From assembly GCA_001777575.1 (NCBI GenBank), contig MFEL01000010.1, forward strand, positions 84,661 through 148,660: a stretch of DNA of 64,000 nt. Reading direction: 5' to 3'. Each line of letters begins with the position of its first letter. Positions within the stretch are counted from its first letter, which is position 1. This document shows positions 18,416 through 26,906 of the stretch, in pieces. The stretch is from Candidatus Doudnabacteria bacterium RIFCSPHIGHO2_01_FULL_46_24 (lineage in GTDB: Bacteria; Patescibacteriota; Doudnabacteria; UBA920; O2-02-FULL-48-8). Under the pieces are notes generated by a model. It ran no database searches. It was not told the origin of the DNA and saw only the letters and a program-made list of their open reading frames with translations. The translations under genes and the position numbers were made by a program.

Positions 18416-19530
18416 AGTTTCCCCTTATTCCCTTTATTCCCCTTAACCCCATTATACTTTTCCTCCACAAAAGCTTTTATCTTTTCTTGAAAAATTTTTT
18501 TATCAAACTGTAAAGCATGCTGGCGGATAATCTGATGGTTGTATTTTTTGGGATCAAAAGTCTCAAGTTTTGTTTTCAAAGCTTCCGGTGTTTGCTGGCT
18601 AAAAAACTCACCAGTAATGCTTTCTTTGACGGTTTCCAAAGCTCCACCGGCGCGATATGCGATCACCGGAGTGCCACAGGACTGGGCCTCAAGTGGCATA
18701 ATGCCGGCATCTTCTTCTGCCGGAAAAATAAATGCCAGGGCTTCGGAATATCTTTGCCTCAATTCCTCATCCGATATCCTACCCAAAAATTCTATGTTAG
18801 AACGGGCCAGTTTTCGCAACCGTCCCGAATCGGTTCCTGAACCCGCGACTTTCAGCGGCAGTCCCAGGTCGTTGAAAGCGCGAATCACCAGCTCTATTTT
18901 TTTATAAGGTTCAATCCGGGAGGCCACAAAAAAATAATTTTCCTTTTCGCCATGCGGATGGAAGAGTTCCGTGTCGACCGGCGGTGAAACGACTATGGAG
19001 TCACGACCGTAGTATTTTTTTATTCTGCGCTGAACATTGACAGAATTGGCAATGAAATAATCCGGCCGCTTGCTGGCCTTGTAATCCCAGCGCTTCAAAA
19101 ACGGCAGGATTGCCCGCGCGCCCCATTTTGCATAGGCTGGATACGGCTGAGAACTGATGTAATCATCAGACTCAGTCCACAAAAACCGCGTAGGGGTGTG
19201 GCAGTAGCTAACGTGCAGTTTGCCTTTTGTCTGAACTCCCTTGGCAAAAGATGAAGCGTCGGAAATCACCACGTCGTAATCCTCAAAATTGAATCTCTCG
19301 ACGGCGAATGGCATCAGCGGCAACAGCCAACGGTGGTGACTGTGGGCAAACGGCATACCATCGAGTAAGCTTAAATGTTTTTTATAAGCTTCAAAAATGC
19401 CGAATGTCTTCCCCCGGTCATAAATCAAAACGTGGACCGTGGCTTCCGGCCAAATCTCCAAAAAATTCTGCAAAACTCTCTCCGCCCCTCCCAACTGATT
19501 GAGAAACTCATGCACCAAAGCTATTTTCAT
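18412..19530 (-). CDS. Glycosyltransferase family 4
   Basis: MKIALVHEFLNQLGGAERV N-terminus typical of GT4. A 4-nt overlap with the downstream gene suggests translational coupling. Confidence 0.8.
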   Translation of the reverse strand: MKIALVHEFLNQLGGAERVLQNFLEIWPEATVHVLIYDRGKTFGIFEAYKKHLSLLDGMPFAHSHHRWLLPLMPFAVERFNFEDYDVVISDASSFAKGVQTKGKLHVSYCHTPTRFLWTESDDYISSQPYPAYAKWGARAILPFLKRWDYKASKRPDYFIANSVNVQRRIKKYYGRDSIVVSPPVDTELFHPHGEKENYFFVASRIEPYKKIELVIRAFNDLGLPLKVAGSGTDSGRLRKLARSNIEFLGRISDEELRQRYSEALAFIFPAEEDAGIMPLEAQSCGTPVIAYRAGGALETVKESITGEFFSQQTPEALKTKLETFDPKKYNHQIIRQHALQFDKKIFQEKIKAFVEEKYNGVKGNKGNKGKL

Positions 19531-19561
19531 AGGTAAGTTTAATTAAATCCAGAAAAAATTA

Positions 19562-19594
19562 ATACTTGCATACGGGACAGTATGAAAGTGTTAT
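19562..19594. promoter_or_regulatory. Inverted-repeat box CTTGCATAC-GGGACA-GTATG(a)AAG downstream of paralog 2
   Basis: Near-identical copy of the upstream box, with one mismatch. Confidence 0.5.
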
Positions 19595-19986
19595 AACCGC
19601 CCACCCTTGTACCATAGATTCCTTCGTTCCAGCCGGTTCTGTCTTTCCGTTCGCTTTTGTTGAAAAATTCTTTCTAACTCTAATAGCTTTTGTTCGGCGG
19701 CTCTAAATCCCTTGCCAGCCCGCTCCAGAATGTTGCTGACCGTGGAAATGGTTCGTTCGGTTACCTTAAGATGATTCATGATTGATTGATAAGTCTCACC
19801 AGCCAATAGCCGATGGACAATTTCCAGTCGTTTGGCAAACATCTTGTATTCTGTATGCGTAAACAAATCCTTAAACAGTAGTTTTATTTCTTCTTTGTCT
19901 CTGATCATGGCAAAAATTGACCAGAGGTTACTGACATAATTACCCATGAGCTCGGGGTCAACAGGCCTTCTCGAAATTTTTGTCAT
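19591..19986 (-). CDS. TrpR-like DNA-binding protein (YerC/YecD family), paralog 2
   Basis: Internal start MTKISRRP...; core FAKRLEIVHRLLAGETYQSIMNHLKVTERTISTVS. The track ORF extends 18 codons further upstream. Confidence 0.6.
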   Translation of the reverse strand: MTKISRRPVDPELMGNYVSNLWSIFAMIRDKEEIKLLFKDLFTHTEYKMFAKRLEIVHRLLAGETYQSIMNHLKVTERTISTVSNILERAGKGFRAAEQKLLELERIFQQKRTERQNRLERRNLWYKGGRL

Positions 19987-19995
19987 AGCGGTGTT

Positions 19996-20046
19996 GTTTA
20001 ATGACTTCGCAAGTATACTTGCATACGGGACAGTATGCAAGTATTA
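19996..20046. promoter_or_regulatory. Upstream operator-like region: GCAAGTATACTTGC palindrome overlapping CTTGCATAC-GGGACA-GTATGCAAG
   Basis: Perfect inverted repeats seen directly, immediately upstream of the paralog 2 start. Confidence 0.55.
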
Positions 20047-20078
20047 TTATTTCTCACCGGAAAACTATTCTAAGCTGG

Positions 20079-21491
20079 TTAGTAATCGACTTTAGGTTTC
20101 TTGCCAAGCAAAATCAAAAGCGTCTTGAAAATGATATATAAATCCAGCCAGAGGGACCAATTTTCGAGGTAAAACGTGTCCAGGCGGATTTCGTCCTCGA
20201 AGGACAGCTCAGGCTTCTGGACTTGGGTAATTTGAGTAAGACCGGTGGCCCCCGGCTTGATGGTAAAAATTTTCTTGTGCATGTCTTGAAATTTCACAAC
20301 CTCCTTGACCATATGCACCCGCGGCCCCACCAGGCTCATCTGCCCGCGTAGAATATGCCAAAGCTGGGGCATCTCATCGAGTTTGGTTCGCCGCAAGAAC
20401 CGCCCCAGCGGCATGACTCTGGGGTCATTTTTGATTTTTACAAACGGCCCCGGCCTCGCATTTTGCTTTTCCAACTCTTCCCGCAGTTTATCGCCCTGTG
20501 CCGTTCCTTCGCTCATCTCATAATACATGGTCCGGAATTTGTAGCATTCAAACGACGCCAAGCCCGCAGCGCGCGGCTGATGAAAAAACACAGGCCCCCT
20601 GGAAGTCAATTTGAGGGCAACGGCAATAAGGAAAAAAAACGGACTGAGCATGATTAGCGCCAAACTCGAAATCAAAACATCCAGCACCCGCTTCATAAAC
20701 TTGCCCCAACCCTCAAGCGGCGTGCCCTTCAAAATGATCACAGGCGTCCCCGAAATGGTTTCCATCTGGATATTCACCCGGGATGTTTCAAACACGTTTG
20801 GCACGAAATTGAACAGAATGCCGTAGTCGCGGCAAAATGCGAGCAATCGTTCGTTAACCTCCGACGGATACTTCGGATTAGCCACCATGATTTCGTCTAT
20901 GCCGCTGTTTTTGCGAATTTGTTCCAGTTCTTCCAAAAGTTTGTTTAGGTCAGTCAGTTTAAGCAGGGCCACAATTTTATAGCCCAGCTCCGGCCGTTTT
21001 TCGATCTCGTTAACCAACCCGTTGCCTGACTCGTCGTTAACCACCGCCAGCCGGTGCAGGCCAATCCCCTGCTTGAGCATGGCAATCTGCGTGCGGCGAA
21101 GTATAATCCGGCCGAGGCTGACTAAAACAATGGCCAAGCCCCAGGTCATCAAAATAATTAAGCGGGAGGGAAAAACCGTCTGGTTAAAAAAGAACAAGAT
21201 CACGACGCCGAGTAAACCAGAAGATACGGCCAGAAACACGCGGGAAAACTCAGAGACAAACCGGCGCGTGCCTTTGAGGTTATATAGCCCGGCCAAAGCC
21301 AGAAGCAAAACGACAATCGGGCTTATGAGGAACAAAATCTCCAAATAACCGGACAGGGACAAGCTGTAGATGATTGGACGGAATTCCGTCAGGCGGAGGC
21401 GGAAATAAAAAGCGCCGACTCCAGCCAGCATGATCATGACGAAATCAACGGCAATGGATATAAGGTTGAAGAAAAATTCCGAGCGTTTCAT
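20079..21491 (-). CDS. Exopolysaccharide/O-antigen polyprenyl-phosphate glycosyl-1-phosphate transferase (bacterial sugar transferase, WbaP/CpsE-like)
   Basis: Multiple N-terminal TM segments and a C-terminal catalytic domain with DEMPQLWHILRGQMSLVGPR. Confidence 0.85.
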   Translation of the reverse strand: MKRSEFFFNLISIAVDFVMIMLAGVGAFYFRLRLTEFRPIIYSLSLSGYLEILFLISPIVVLLLALAGLYNLKGTRRFVSEFSRVFLAVSSGLLGVVILFFFNQTVFPSRLIILMTWGLAIVLVSLGRIILRRTQIAMLKQGIGLHRLAVVNDESGNGLVNEIEKRPELGYKIVALLKLTDLNKLLEELEQIRKNSGIDEIMVANPKYPSEVNERLLAFCRDYGILFNFVPNVFETSRVNIQMETISGTPVIILKGTPLEGWGKFMKRVLDVLISSLALIMLSPFFFLIAVALKLTSRGPVFFHQPRAAGLASFECYKFRTMYYEMSEGTAQGDKLREELEKQNARPGPFVKIKNDPRVMPLGRFLRRTKLDEMPQLWHILRGQMSLVGPRVHMVKEVVKFQDMHKKIFTIKPGATGLTQITQVQKPELSFEDEIRLDTFYLENWSLWLDLYIIFKTLLILLGKKPKVDY

Positions 21492-21503
21492 CCGCTAAAG
21501 TAT

Positions 21504-21540
21504 AACAAAAAAGCCTCCTTTTTTGAAGGAGGCTTTCTGA
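21504..21540 (-). terminator. Rho-independent terminator after the RRM gene (AAGCCTCC-ttttttga-GGAGGCTT); U-rich on both strands
   Basis: Seen directly. Confidence 0.65.
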
Positions 21541-21555
21541 AGATACAAGCTAACT

Positions 21556-21840
21556 TTACCGGTCTCTAAAACCGCCGCCACGAGGGCCTTCGGTCTTAGG
21601 CCGAGCTTCATTCACGACGAGTTTGCGGCCGCCCATGTCTGAGCCGTTGAACATCTCGATCGCCTTGTCGGCTTCGTCATCGCTGGACATTTCGACGAAT
21701 CCAAAACCTTTGGATCGGCCGGAAAATTTGTCAGAGATGACCTGAGCGGATGCAACGTTGCCGGCAGCAGAAAAATGCTGCTTCAAATCGTCGCTTGTGG
21801 AGGCAAAAGGAATGCCCCCGACAAACAATTTCTTAGCCAT
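21556..21840 (-). CDS. RRM-type RNA-binding protein (glycine-rich C-terminus)
   Basis: RNP-2 LFVGGI and RNP-1 KGFGFVEM. Confidence 0.8.
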   Translation of the reverse strand: MAKKLFVGGIPFASTSDDLKQHFSAAGNVASAQVISDKFSGRSKGFGFVEMSSDDEADKAIEMFNGSDMGGRKLVVNEARPKTEGPRGGGFRDR

Positions 21841-21987
21841 TGTTCGCTTTCAAAACAAAGGGAAACTCACTAATTATTGAAACTAGGAACCCTTTGCGAC
21901 TTAATGAACTTCCCTTCGACTGAAAGGATCGTGATAATTATATAGCATCTTGACTTTCCCGTCAAGGCAGAGTATGATTATTTGGCT

Positions 21988-22362
21988 CTTTAAGTAAGCG
22001 AGCAGTCGCCCAGCCCCAGTTTGCAAAAACTGGAGCTGGGAGGAAAGTCCGAACACGTTTGTTGGATTGAGTCTCATGAGTTAATTCAGCATCAGGTAGC
22101 GGGTAACGCCCGCCAAAGGGTAACCTTAGAGTTGCGAACAGAAACGACCCGGTTAAGTCCGGCTGAAACGCGCTAAATACTTACCTGACAGTGCAATGTC
22201 GAATAGGTCCTGTACCGGAGCGAAAGCGACTGGTACCAGGGCGGGTAGACAGCTTGAGCCTAACAGCAATGTTAGGCCTTAGATAGATGATTGCTTCCCC
22301 AGCTCCAGTTTGCAAAAACTGGAGCTGGGTCAGACAGAATTCGGCTTACAGCTTGCTTAAAG
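21988..22362 (+). ncRNA. rnpB: RNase P RNA (bacterial type)
   Basis: P4 5' strand GGGAGGAAAGTCCGAACAC and P4 3' strand ACAGAATTCGGCTTACAG. A 12-bp P1 stem forms between 21988-21999 (CTTTAAGTAAGC) and 22351-22362 (GCTTGCTTAAAG). GGGTAACGCC and ACAGAAACGACCCGG elements are present. Confidence 0.8.
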
Positions 22363-22367
22363 AGCAT

Positions 22368-22398
22368 ATAAAAATCGCCATTCTTGGCGATTTTTGTT
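22368..22398. terminator. Bidirectional terminator (AAAAATCGCCA-ttct-TGGCGATTTTT) between rnpB and rpsI
   Basis: Perfect stem with A-run and T-run flanks. Confidence 0.7.
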
Positions 22399-22412
22399 CC
22401 AGTAGCGGATCT

Positions 22413-22934
22413 TTAACGCTTGGAAAACTGCGGAGCGCGGCGGGCTCTCTTCAAACCCGGCTTCTTTCGTTCTTTTACGCGCGGGTCGCGGGTCAGAAAG
22501 CCATGCTTTTTAAGGAGCCGGCGACTTTCCGGGTTCATGGCAATGATGGCGCGGGCAATGGCGTGGCGCATGCTTTCCGCTTGCGCGTGTATGCCGCCGC
22601 CATGGATCTTGCTTCGGACATTGATACTTTTAAGAATGCCTACCGCATTGAGGGGCTGCTGGACAATAACGCGCAGATCCTCAGTGGCAAAATATTTCTC
22701 AAAGGGCAGTTCATTGACGGTAATCGTGCCGTTGCCGCCTGACAGCAAAACTTGCGTGACCGCGGTCTTGCGGCGGCCGACTGCGTGAAAATGTTTGCCT
22801 GGAGCGATTTTGGGTACATGGGGCTTAGCTTCCTCAACAGCGATCGGCTGAACTGCGGTTTGAATTTGTAGCTTGGCCGCGACTCTCTTGCGGACAACTG
22901 GTTTTTTGTGCGCTGGTTTTTTAGCTATTGTCAT
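22413..22934 (-). CDS. rpsI: 30S ribosomal protein S9 with a roughly 40-aa Lys/Ala-rich N-terminal extension
   Basis: C-terminal ...GGGIHAQAESMRHAIARAI...GFLTRDPRVKERKKPGLKRARRAPQFSKR. Confidence 0.9.
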   Translation of the reverse strand: MTIAKKPAHKKPVVRKRVAAKLQIQTAVQPIAVEEAKPHVPKIAPGKHFHAVGRRKTAVTQVLLSGGNGTITVNELPFEKYFATEDLRVIVQQPLNAVGILKSINVRSKIHGGGIHAQAESMRHAIARAIIAMNPESRRLLKKHGFLTRDPRVKERKKPGLKRARRAPQFSKR

Positions 22935-23350
22935 ACTATTTCCTTTTGCACAGGATAATCATGCTTGTCCGACGCCACGACCTTCAGTCTTCGAAGAATG
23001 TCCTTGCGAAGACGGTTAGAATCAACCATGTTAAACACCGCGTCGCGGATGACCTTTTCCGGCTCAGACTTCATCCGGTCGGAAAGCTTCTTGGAATACA
23101 ACCCGCCCGGATATCCTGAAAAGCGGTGGTAGCGCTTCTGCTCAAGTTTGCGACCGGTAAACTTGATAAGACTTGCGTTTTTCACCACCACGAAATCGCC
23201 GACATCCATGTGGGGGGTGAAGGTGGTTTTATGCTTGCCGCGCAAAACCGAAGCGACTTTAGAAGCCAGCCTGCCCAAAGTAAACTTGCTGGCATCAGCT
23301 TCATACCAGATTCTCTGAATCTCTGAAGTTTTCGGCAAAAATGTTTTCAT
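22931..23350 (-). CDS. rplM: 50S ribosomal protein L13
   Basis: MKTFLPKTSEIQRIWYEADASKFTLGRLASKVASVLRGKHK... Confidence 0.9.
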   Translation of the reverse strand: MKTFLPKTSEIQRIWYEADASKFTLGRLASKVASVLRGKHKTTFTPHMDVGDFVVVKNASLIKFTGRKLEQKRYHRFSGYPGGLYSKKLSDRMKSEPEKVIRDAVFNMVDSNRLRKDILRRLKVVASDKHDYPVQKEIV

Positions 23351-23377
23351 AACGTTATGATCTTAGAACTCAGAACT

Positions 23378-23719
23378 TTAAACTAACTCAAGTTGGACTT
23401 TCGGCATGCCGTCTTTATACTTGCCGATTCTGACAATACGCGTATACCCGCCCGGCCGCGTCTTGTATCGCGGACCCAAAACTTCAATAACTTTGCGGGC
23501 GGCATTGTGAGGCAGGGCGGCAAAAATCTGCCGCTTATTGTGCAAATCATCTTTTTTGCCCTTACTAATCAGTTTTTCTACGACTACACGGGCAATTTTG
23601 GCCCGGGCTTCAGTGGTCTGGATTTTTTCGTAAACCACGGTTGAAGCCGCCAAACTTCGCAGGAGCTTGCGCTTCTGATCCCGCCCCTTGCCGATTTTCT
23701 TCTTCTTGAGGTGCCTCAT
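23378..23719 (-). CDS. rplQ: 50S ribosomal protein L17
   Basis: MRHLKKKKIGKGRDQKRKLLRSLAASTVVYEKIQTT... Confidence 0.9.
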   Translation of the reverse strand: MRHLKKKKIGKGRDQKRKLLRSLAASTVVYEKIQTTEARAKIARVVVEKLISKGKKDDLHNKRQIFAALPHNAARKVIEVLGPRYKTRPGGYTRIVRIGKYKDGMPKVQLELV

Positions 23720-23723
23720 GTTG

Positions 23724-23750
23724 CGTGATACGTGTTATGTGATATGTGAC
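23724..23750. repeat. Degenerate heptamer repeats CGTGATA CGTGTTA TGTGATA TGTGAC in the rpoA-rplQ spacer
   Basis: Seen directly. Related to the repeat inside the GT4 gene at 17668-17694. Confidence 0.6.
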
Positions 23751-24683
23751 CTATTTGCCGGCGTACGCCGCCAGCAATCTCTCTATCTCTTCTACCGACT
23801 TTTCCCCCAAGCCCTCCATATTGATCAAATCCTCGTGGGACAAAGCCTGAAGCTGGGAAATTCTGACAATGTTGTTCTTGGCCAAGGCATTGAAAGAGCG
23901 GTTGGACAAACCAAGCGATTTCAAGTCGTCCTCTTCCGGGGTTTTGATTCCTTCTTCTTTGGGTAATTCCAATTCCATAGCTTCTTCCTCGCGGGACAAA
24001 TTTTCCCCGCCCAACAGCGAAAAATGATCAAGCAAAACTCGACTGGCCTGGTCGAGCGCGTCCTTACCGGTAATAGTGCCATCGGTTTCGACCGTCATGA
24101 CCAGTTCATCGTAGTTGGTGATTTGACCCACGCGAACGTGTTTGATTTCGAAATTGACGTTTCTGATCGGAGTGTAAATGGCATCCACGGCGATCATACC
24201 GATTTCCAGTTTTTCGTTTTCCCGCTGTTCGACCGGCACGTATCCGCGTCCGGTGTTGACGATGACTTCCATTTCGAACTCAGCCAATTTGTTGTCCAAG
24301 GTCGCCAAATGCAACTCGGGGTTAACGATCTCCACGTCGCTGTTTTTCTTAAAATCAGCGGCCTTCACTTCTTTTTCACCCTTAACCTTTAGCTCGAGCC
24401 TAACAGGCTCATTTGCATGAACCTTCATGCGCAGCTGTTTGAGATTGAGGATGATCTCAATTACATCTTCCTTGACATTGGGAATAGTGGAAAATTCATG
24501 GTCAACCCCTTTGATCTTGACTGCGGTGGCAGCGGCCCCGGGCAGAGATGAAAGCAGGATTCGGCGCAATGCGTTGCCCAGCGTCATGCCGAAACCAGGA
24601 TACAACGGCTCCATGATTAACTGGTAATGGTTGCGCCCCTGTTCTTGAAACGAAACCTTGTTTGGCAGCGGTATTTTTTCCAT
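23751..24683 (-). CDS. rpoA: DNA-directed RNA polymerase alpha subunit
   Basis: N-terminal domain LGNALRRILLSS; C-terminal domain HEDLINMEGLGEKSVEEI. Confidence 0.9.
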   Translation of the reverse strand: MEKIPLPNKVSFQEQGRNHYQLIMEPLYPGFGMTLGNALRRILLSSLPGAAATAVKIKGVDHEFSTIPNVKEDVIEIILNLKQLRMKVHANEPVRLELKVKGEKEVKAADFKKNSDVEIVNPELHLATLDNKLAEFEMEVIVNTGRGYVPVEQRENEKLEIGMIAVDAIYTPIRNVNFEIKHVRVGQITNYDELVMTVETDGTITGKDALDQASRVLLDHFSLLGGENLSREEEAMELELPKEEGIKTPEEDDLKSLGLSNRSFNALAKNNIVRISQLQALSHEDLINMEGLGEKSVEEIERLLAAYAGK

Positions 24684-24699
24684 AAGATTAAAAAATTAA

Positions 24700-25308
24700 T
24701 TATCTTGAATAATGTTCGACTATAAGCTGGGTATTGATGAGGTTTTCCATCTGCTCTCGGCTGGGATTGGACAAAACCTTGCCGGAAAAATTCTTGGTGT
24801 CAAGGGACAACCACTCGACGACTTTGGCGTTTACTAAAACCGGAGTCAAAATTTTTAAGTACTGCGAATTTTGCTTATTTTCGGCAATGGAGATCTCATC
24901 ACCAACCTTGAGCGCAAGAGACGGAATGTTGACCTTTTTGCCGTTGACTTTGAAAAATCCGTGATTGACCAGCTGCCGCGCTTGCGGCCTGGTCTGGGCA
25001 AAGCCCAGACGGTAAACCACATTGTCCAGCCGGGTTTCGAGCATCTGAAGCAGGGCATCGCCCGTCACCCCGACTTTTTTGCTGGCTTTCTCATAATAGC
25101 GGCGGAATTGGCGCTCCATAATGCCATAAATCGCTTTGGCTTTTTGCTTTTCGCGAAGCTGGAGGCCGAATTCAGAAATCCGCTGCGGATTCTGGCCGTG
25201 CATGCCGGGGCGATAGTTCCTTTTGGCCAAATATTTATCGGCTTTCGGCGTCAAGGCGGCGCCGAATTTTCTGGAAAGCTTGATTTTGGGTCCTGTATAT
25301 CTAGCCAT
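24700..25308 (-). CDS. rpsD: 30S ribosomal protein S4
   Basis: MARYTGPKIKLSRKFG... Confidence 0.9.
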   Translation of the reverse strand: MARYTGPKIKLSRKFGAALTPKADKYLAKRNYRPGMHGQNPQRISEFGLQLREKQKAKAIYGIMERQFRRYYEKASKKVGVTGDALLQMLETRLDNVVYRLGFAQTRPQARQLVNHGFFKVNGKKVNIPSLALKVGDEISIAENKQNSQYLKILTPVLVNAKVVEWLSLDTKNFSGKVLSNPSREQMENLINTQLIVEHYSR

Positions 25309-25351
25309 AACTAGTAATTAGTAAATAGTAAGCAGTAATTAGAATTAAAAA

Positions 25352-25801
25352 TTAAACCCTGCGGGCTTTTTTGGGTCGCACGCCGCCGTGTGGAATCGGC
25401 GTCTGATCCTTAATGCTTAAAATAGTCAAACCCGAGCCTTGCAAGGCCCGAACTGCGGATTCGCGGCCTGTGCCAATGCCTTTGACCATCACATCAACCT
25501 CCATAAGTCCCACATCCTTCAGCCGCGCGAGCGTATCTTCCATGGTTTTTTGTGCGGCGTAAGGGGTGGATTTTTTCGAACCCTTGAATCCCGTCTTGCC
25601 GCTTGATCCCCAACCGATGACATTGCCGTTTTGGTCTGTGACAGTCACGATTGTGTTGTTGTAAGTCGACTGGACATAAATGCGGCCGCGGGCCATGCGG
25701 ACCTTTTCTTTCTTTTTCTTCTTCGGAGCAATGTCAGCAACAGCATCCTGTTTAATGCTTAGATCATCTCCCTTAATTGTCGTGGCCTTCTGTTGTCCCA
25801 T
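25352..25801 (-). CDS. rpsK: 30S ribosomal protein S11 with an N-terminal extension
   Basis: RIYVQSTYNNTIVTVTDQNGNVIGWGSSGKTGFKGSKKSTPYAAQ. Confidence 0.9.
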   Translation of the reverse strand: MGQQKATTIKGDDLSIKQDAVADIAPKKKKKEKVRMARGRIYVQSTYNNTIVTVTDQNGNVIGWGSSGKTGFKGSKKSTPYAAQKTMEDTLARLKDVGLMEVDVMVKGIGTGRESAVRALQGSGLTILSIKDQTPIPHGGVRPKKARRV

Positions 25802-25919
25802 ATATATGATGCTACTTTGCGAATCTTATGCCAATCTGGCGAATTGCCAATGTCTTAATCCTTAGGGTTTGGTTATTCGAAATTTGTAGATTGGCATTAT
25901 ATTTGTAGATTCGCATCGT

Positions 25920-26315
25920 CTATGTTTTTTCTGCTGACGCTCGGCGGCCTGACCCCGCGGTCTTTCGCACATTGCCGCGCCTTGTCCTGGAATTGGTCTT
26001 GGTACGCTGGCCTCGAACCGGCAGACCCTTGATGTGGCGCAACCCCTGCCAGCTCCCGATTTCTTTTTTCAGCTTAATGTTGCCGCTCACCTGCTGCCGA
26101 AGCGCGCCTTCCACCATATAATTCTTTTCAATGAATTCCCTAATCCGGGCAATTTCAGGCTCAGACAGTTCTTGAGTCCGTTTATTCGGGTCAACTTTGA
26201 CCGCAGCCAAGATGCGCCTGGATGCAGACCAGCCAACGCCGTATATGTACGGGAGCGAGGCTTCGATTCTTTTTTGCTGCGGGAGGGTTACTCCAGCGAT
26301 TCTGACTAATGCCAT
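25920..26315 (-). CDS. rpsM: 30S ribosomal protein S13
   Basis: MALVRIAGVTLPQQKRIEASLPYIYGVG... Confidence 0.9.
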   Translation of the reverse strand: MALVRIAGVTLPQQKRIEASLPYIYGVGWSASRRILAAVKVDPNKRTQELSEPEIARIREFIEKNYMVEGALRQQVSGNIKLKKEIGSWQGLRHIKGLPVRGQRTKTNSRTRRGNVRKTAGSGRRASAEKT

Positions 26316-26465
26316 AAGAATTAATTAACAATTTGCATTTTTCAATTTGCAATTAATTTTCAATAAGCCAACTATCAAAGGCTTACGGGCCTAATCTTTG
26401 AATTTTACTTGAAAATTGATCATTGAGATTTATTTGTAAATTGAGAATTGAAACTTGAGAATTAT

Positions 26466-26579
26466 CTAGCCTTGGCGCTGCTTATGCTTGGGATTGTCGC
26501 AGATAATAAAAACGCGTCCTTTTCTTCGGACTACTTTACACTTCTTGCAAAATGGCTTAACTGATGCGCGTACTTTCAT
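26466..26579 (-). CDS. rpmJ: 50S ribosomal protein L36 (37 aa; missed by the ORF track length cutoff)
   Basis: Minus-strand translation gives [37 protein letters not shown], with the zinc-ribbon CxxC...C...H pattern. Confidence 0.8.
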   Translation of the reverse strand: MKVRASVKPFCKKCKVVRRKGRVFIICDNPKHKQRQG

Positions 26580-26597
26580 AACTTTATGAACTTTCAA

Positions 26598-26807
26598 CTA
26601 TCTTAAGCGTCTAGTCACGCGCCCGCGCGTCAGGTCATACGGCGTGACTTCCACGATCACCCTATCCCCCGGCAAAATTCGAATTTTATTAACTCGCAAT
26701 TTGCCTGCAATATGGGCCAAAATCACCTGCCCCGAGGCGATTTGCACGCGAAAACTAGCGCCAGGCAGAGTCTCTATGACCTTGCCCTCGAGCTCAATGA
26801 CATTCTT
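26598..26807 (-). CDS. infA: Translation initiation factor IF-1; 5' end unresolved (no in-frame ATG/GTG/TTG before the conserved core)
   Basis: Minus-strand translation gives ...[70 protein letters not shown], stop at 26598-26600. The only nearby ATG (about 26801-26803) is in the +1 frame. Confidence 0.65.
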   Translation of the reverse strand, partial: KNVIELEGKVIETLPGASFRVQIASGQVILAHIAGKLRVNKIRILPGDRVIVEVTPYDLTRGRVTRRLR

Positions 26808-26906
26808 AGATTGTGGAATAGACTTCCCTAAGTCTTGTGGAGCAGTGATAGGCGTGTTTCTAATTGCTCGAAAATATTAGCAAATCCAAACATCCCTGTC
26901 AAACGG

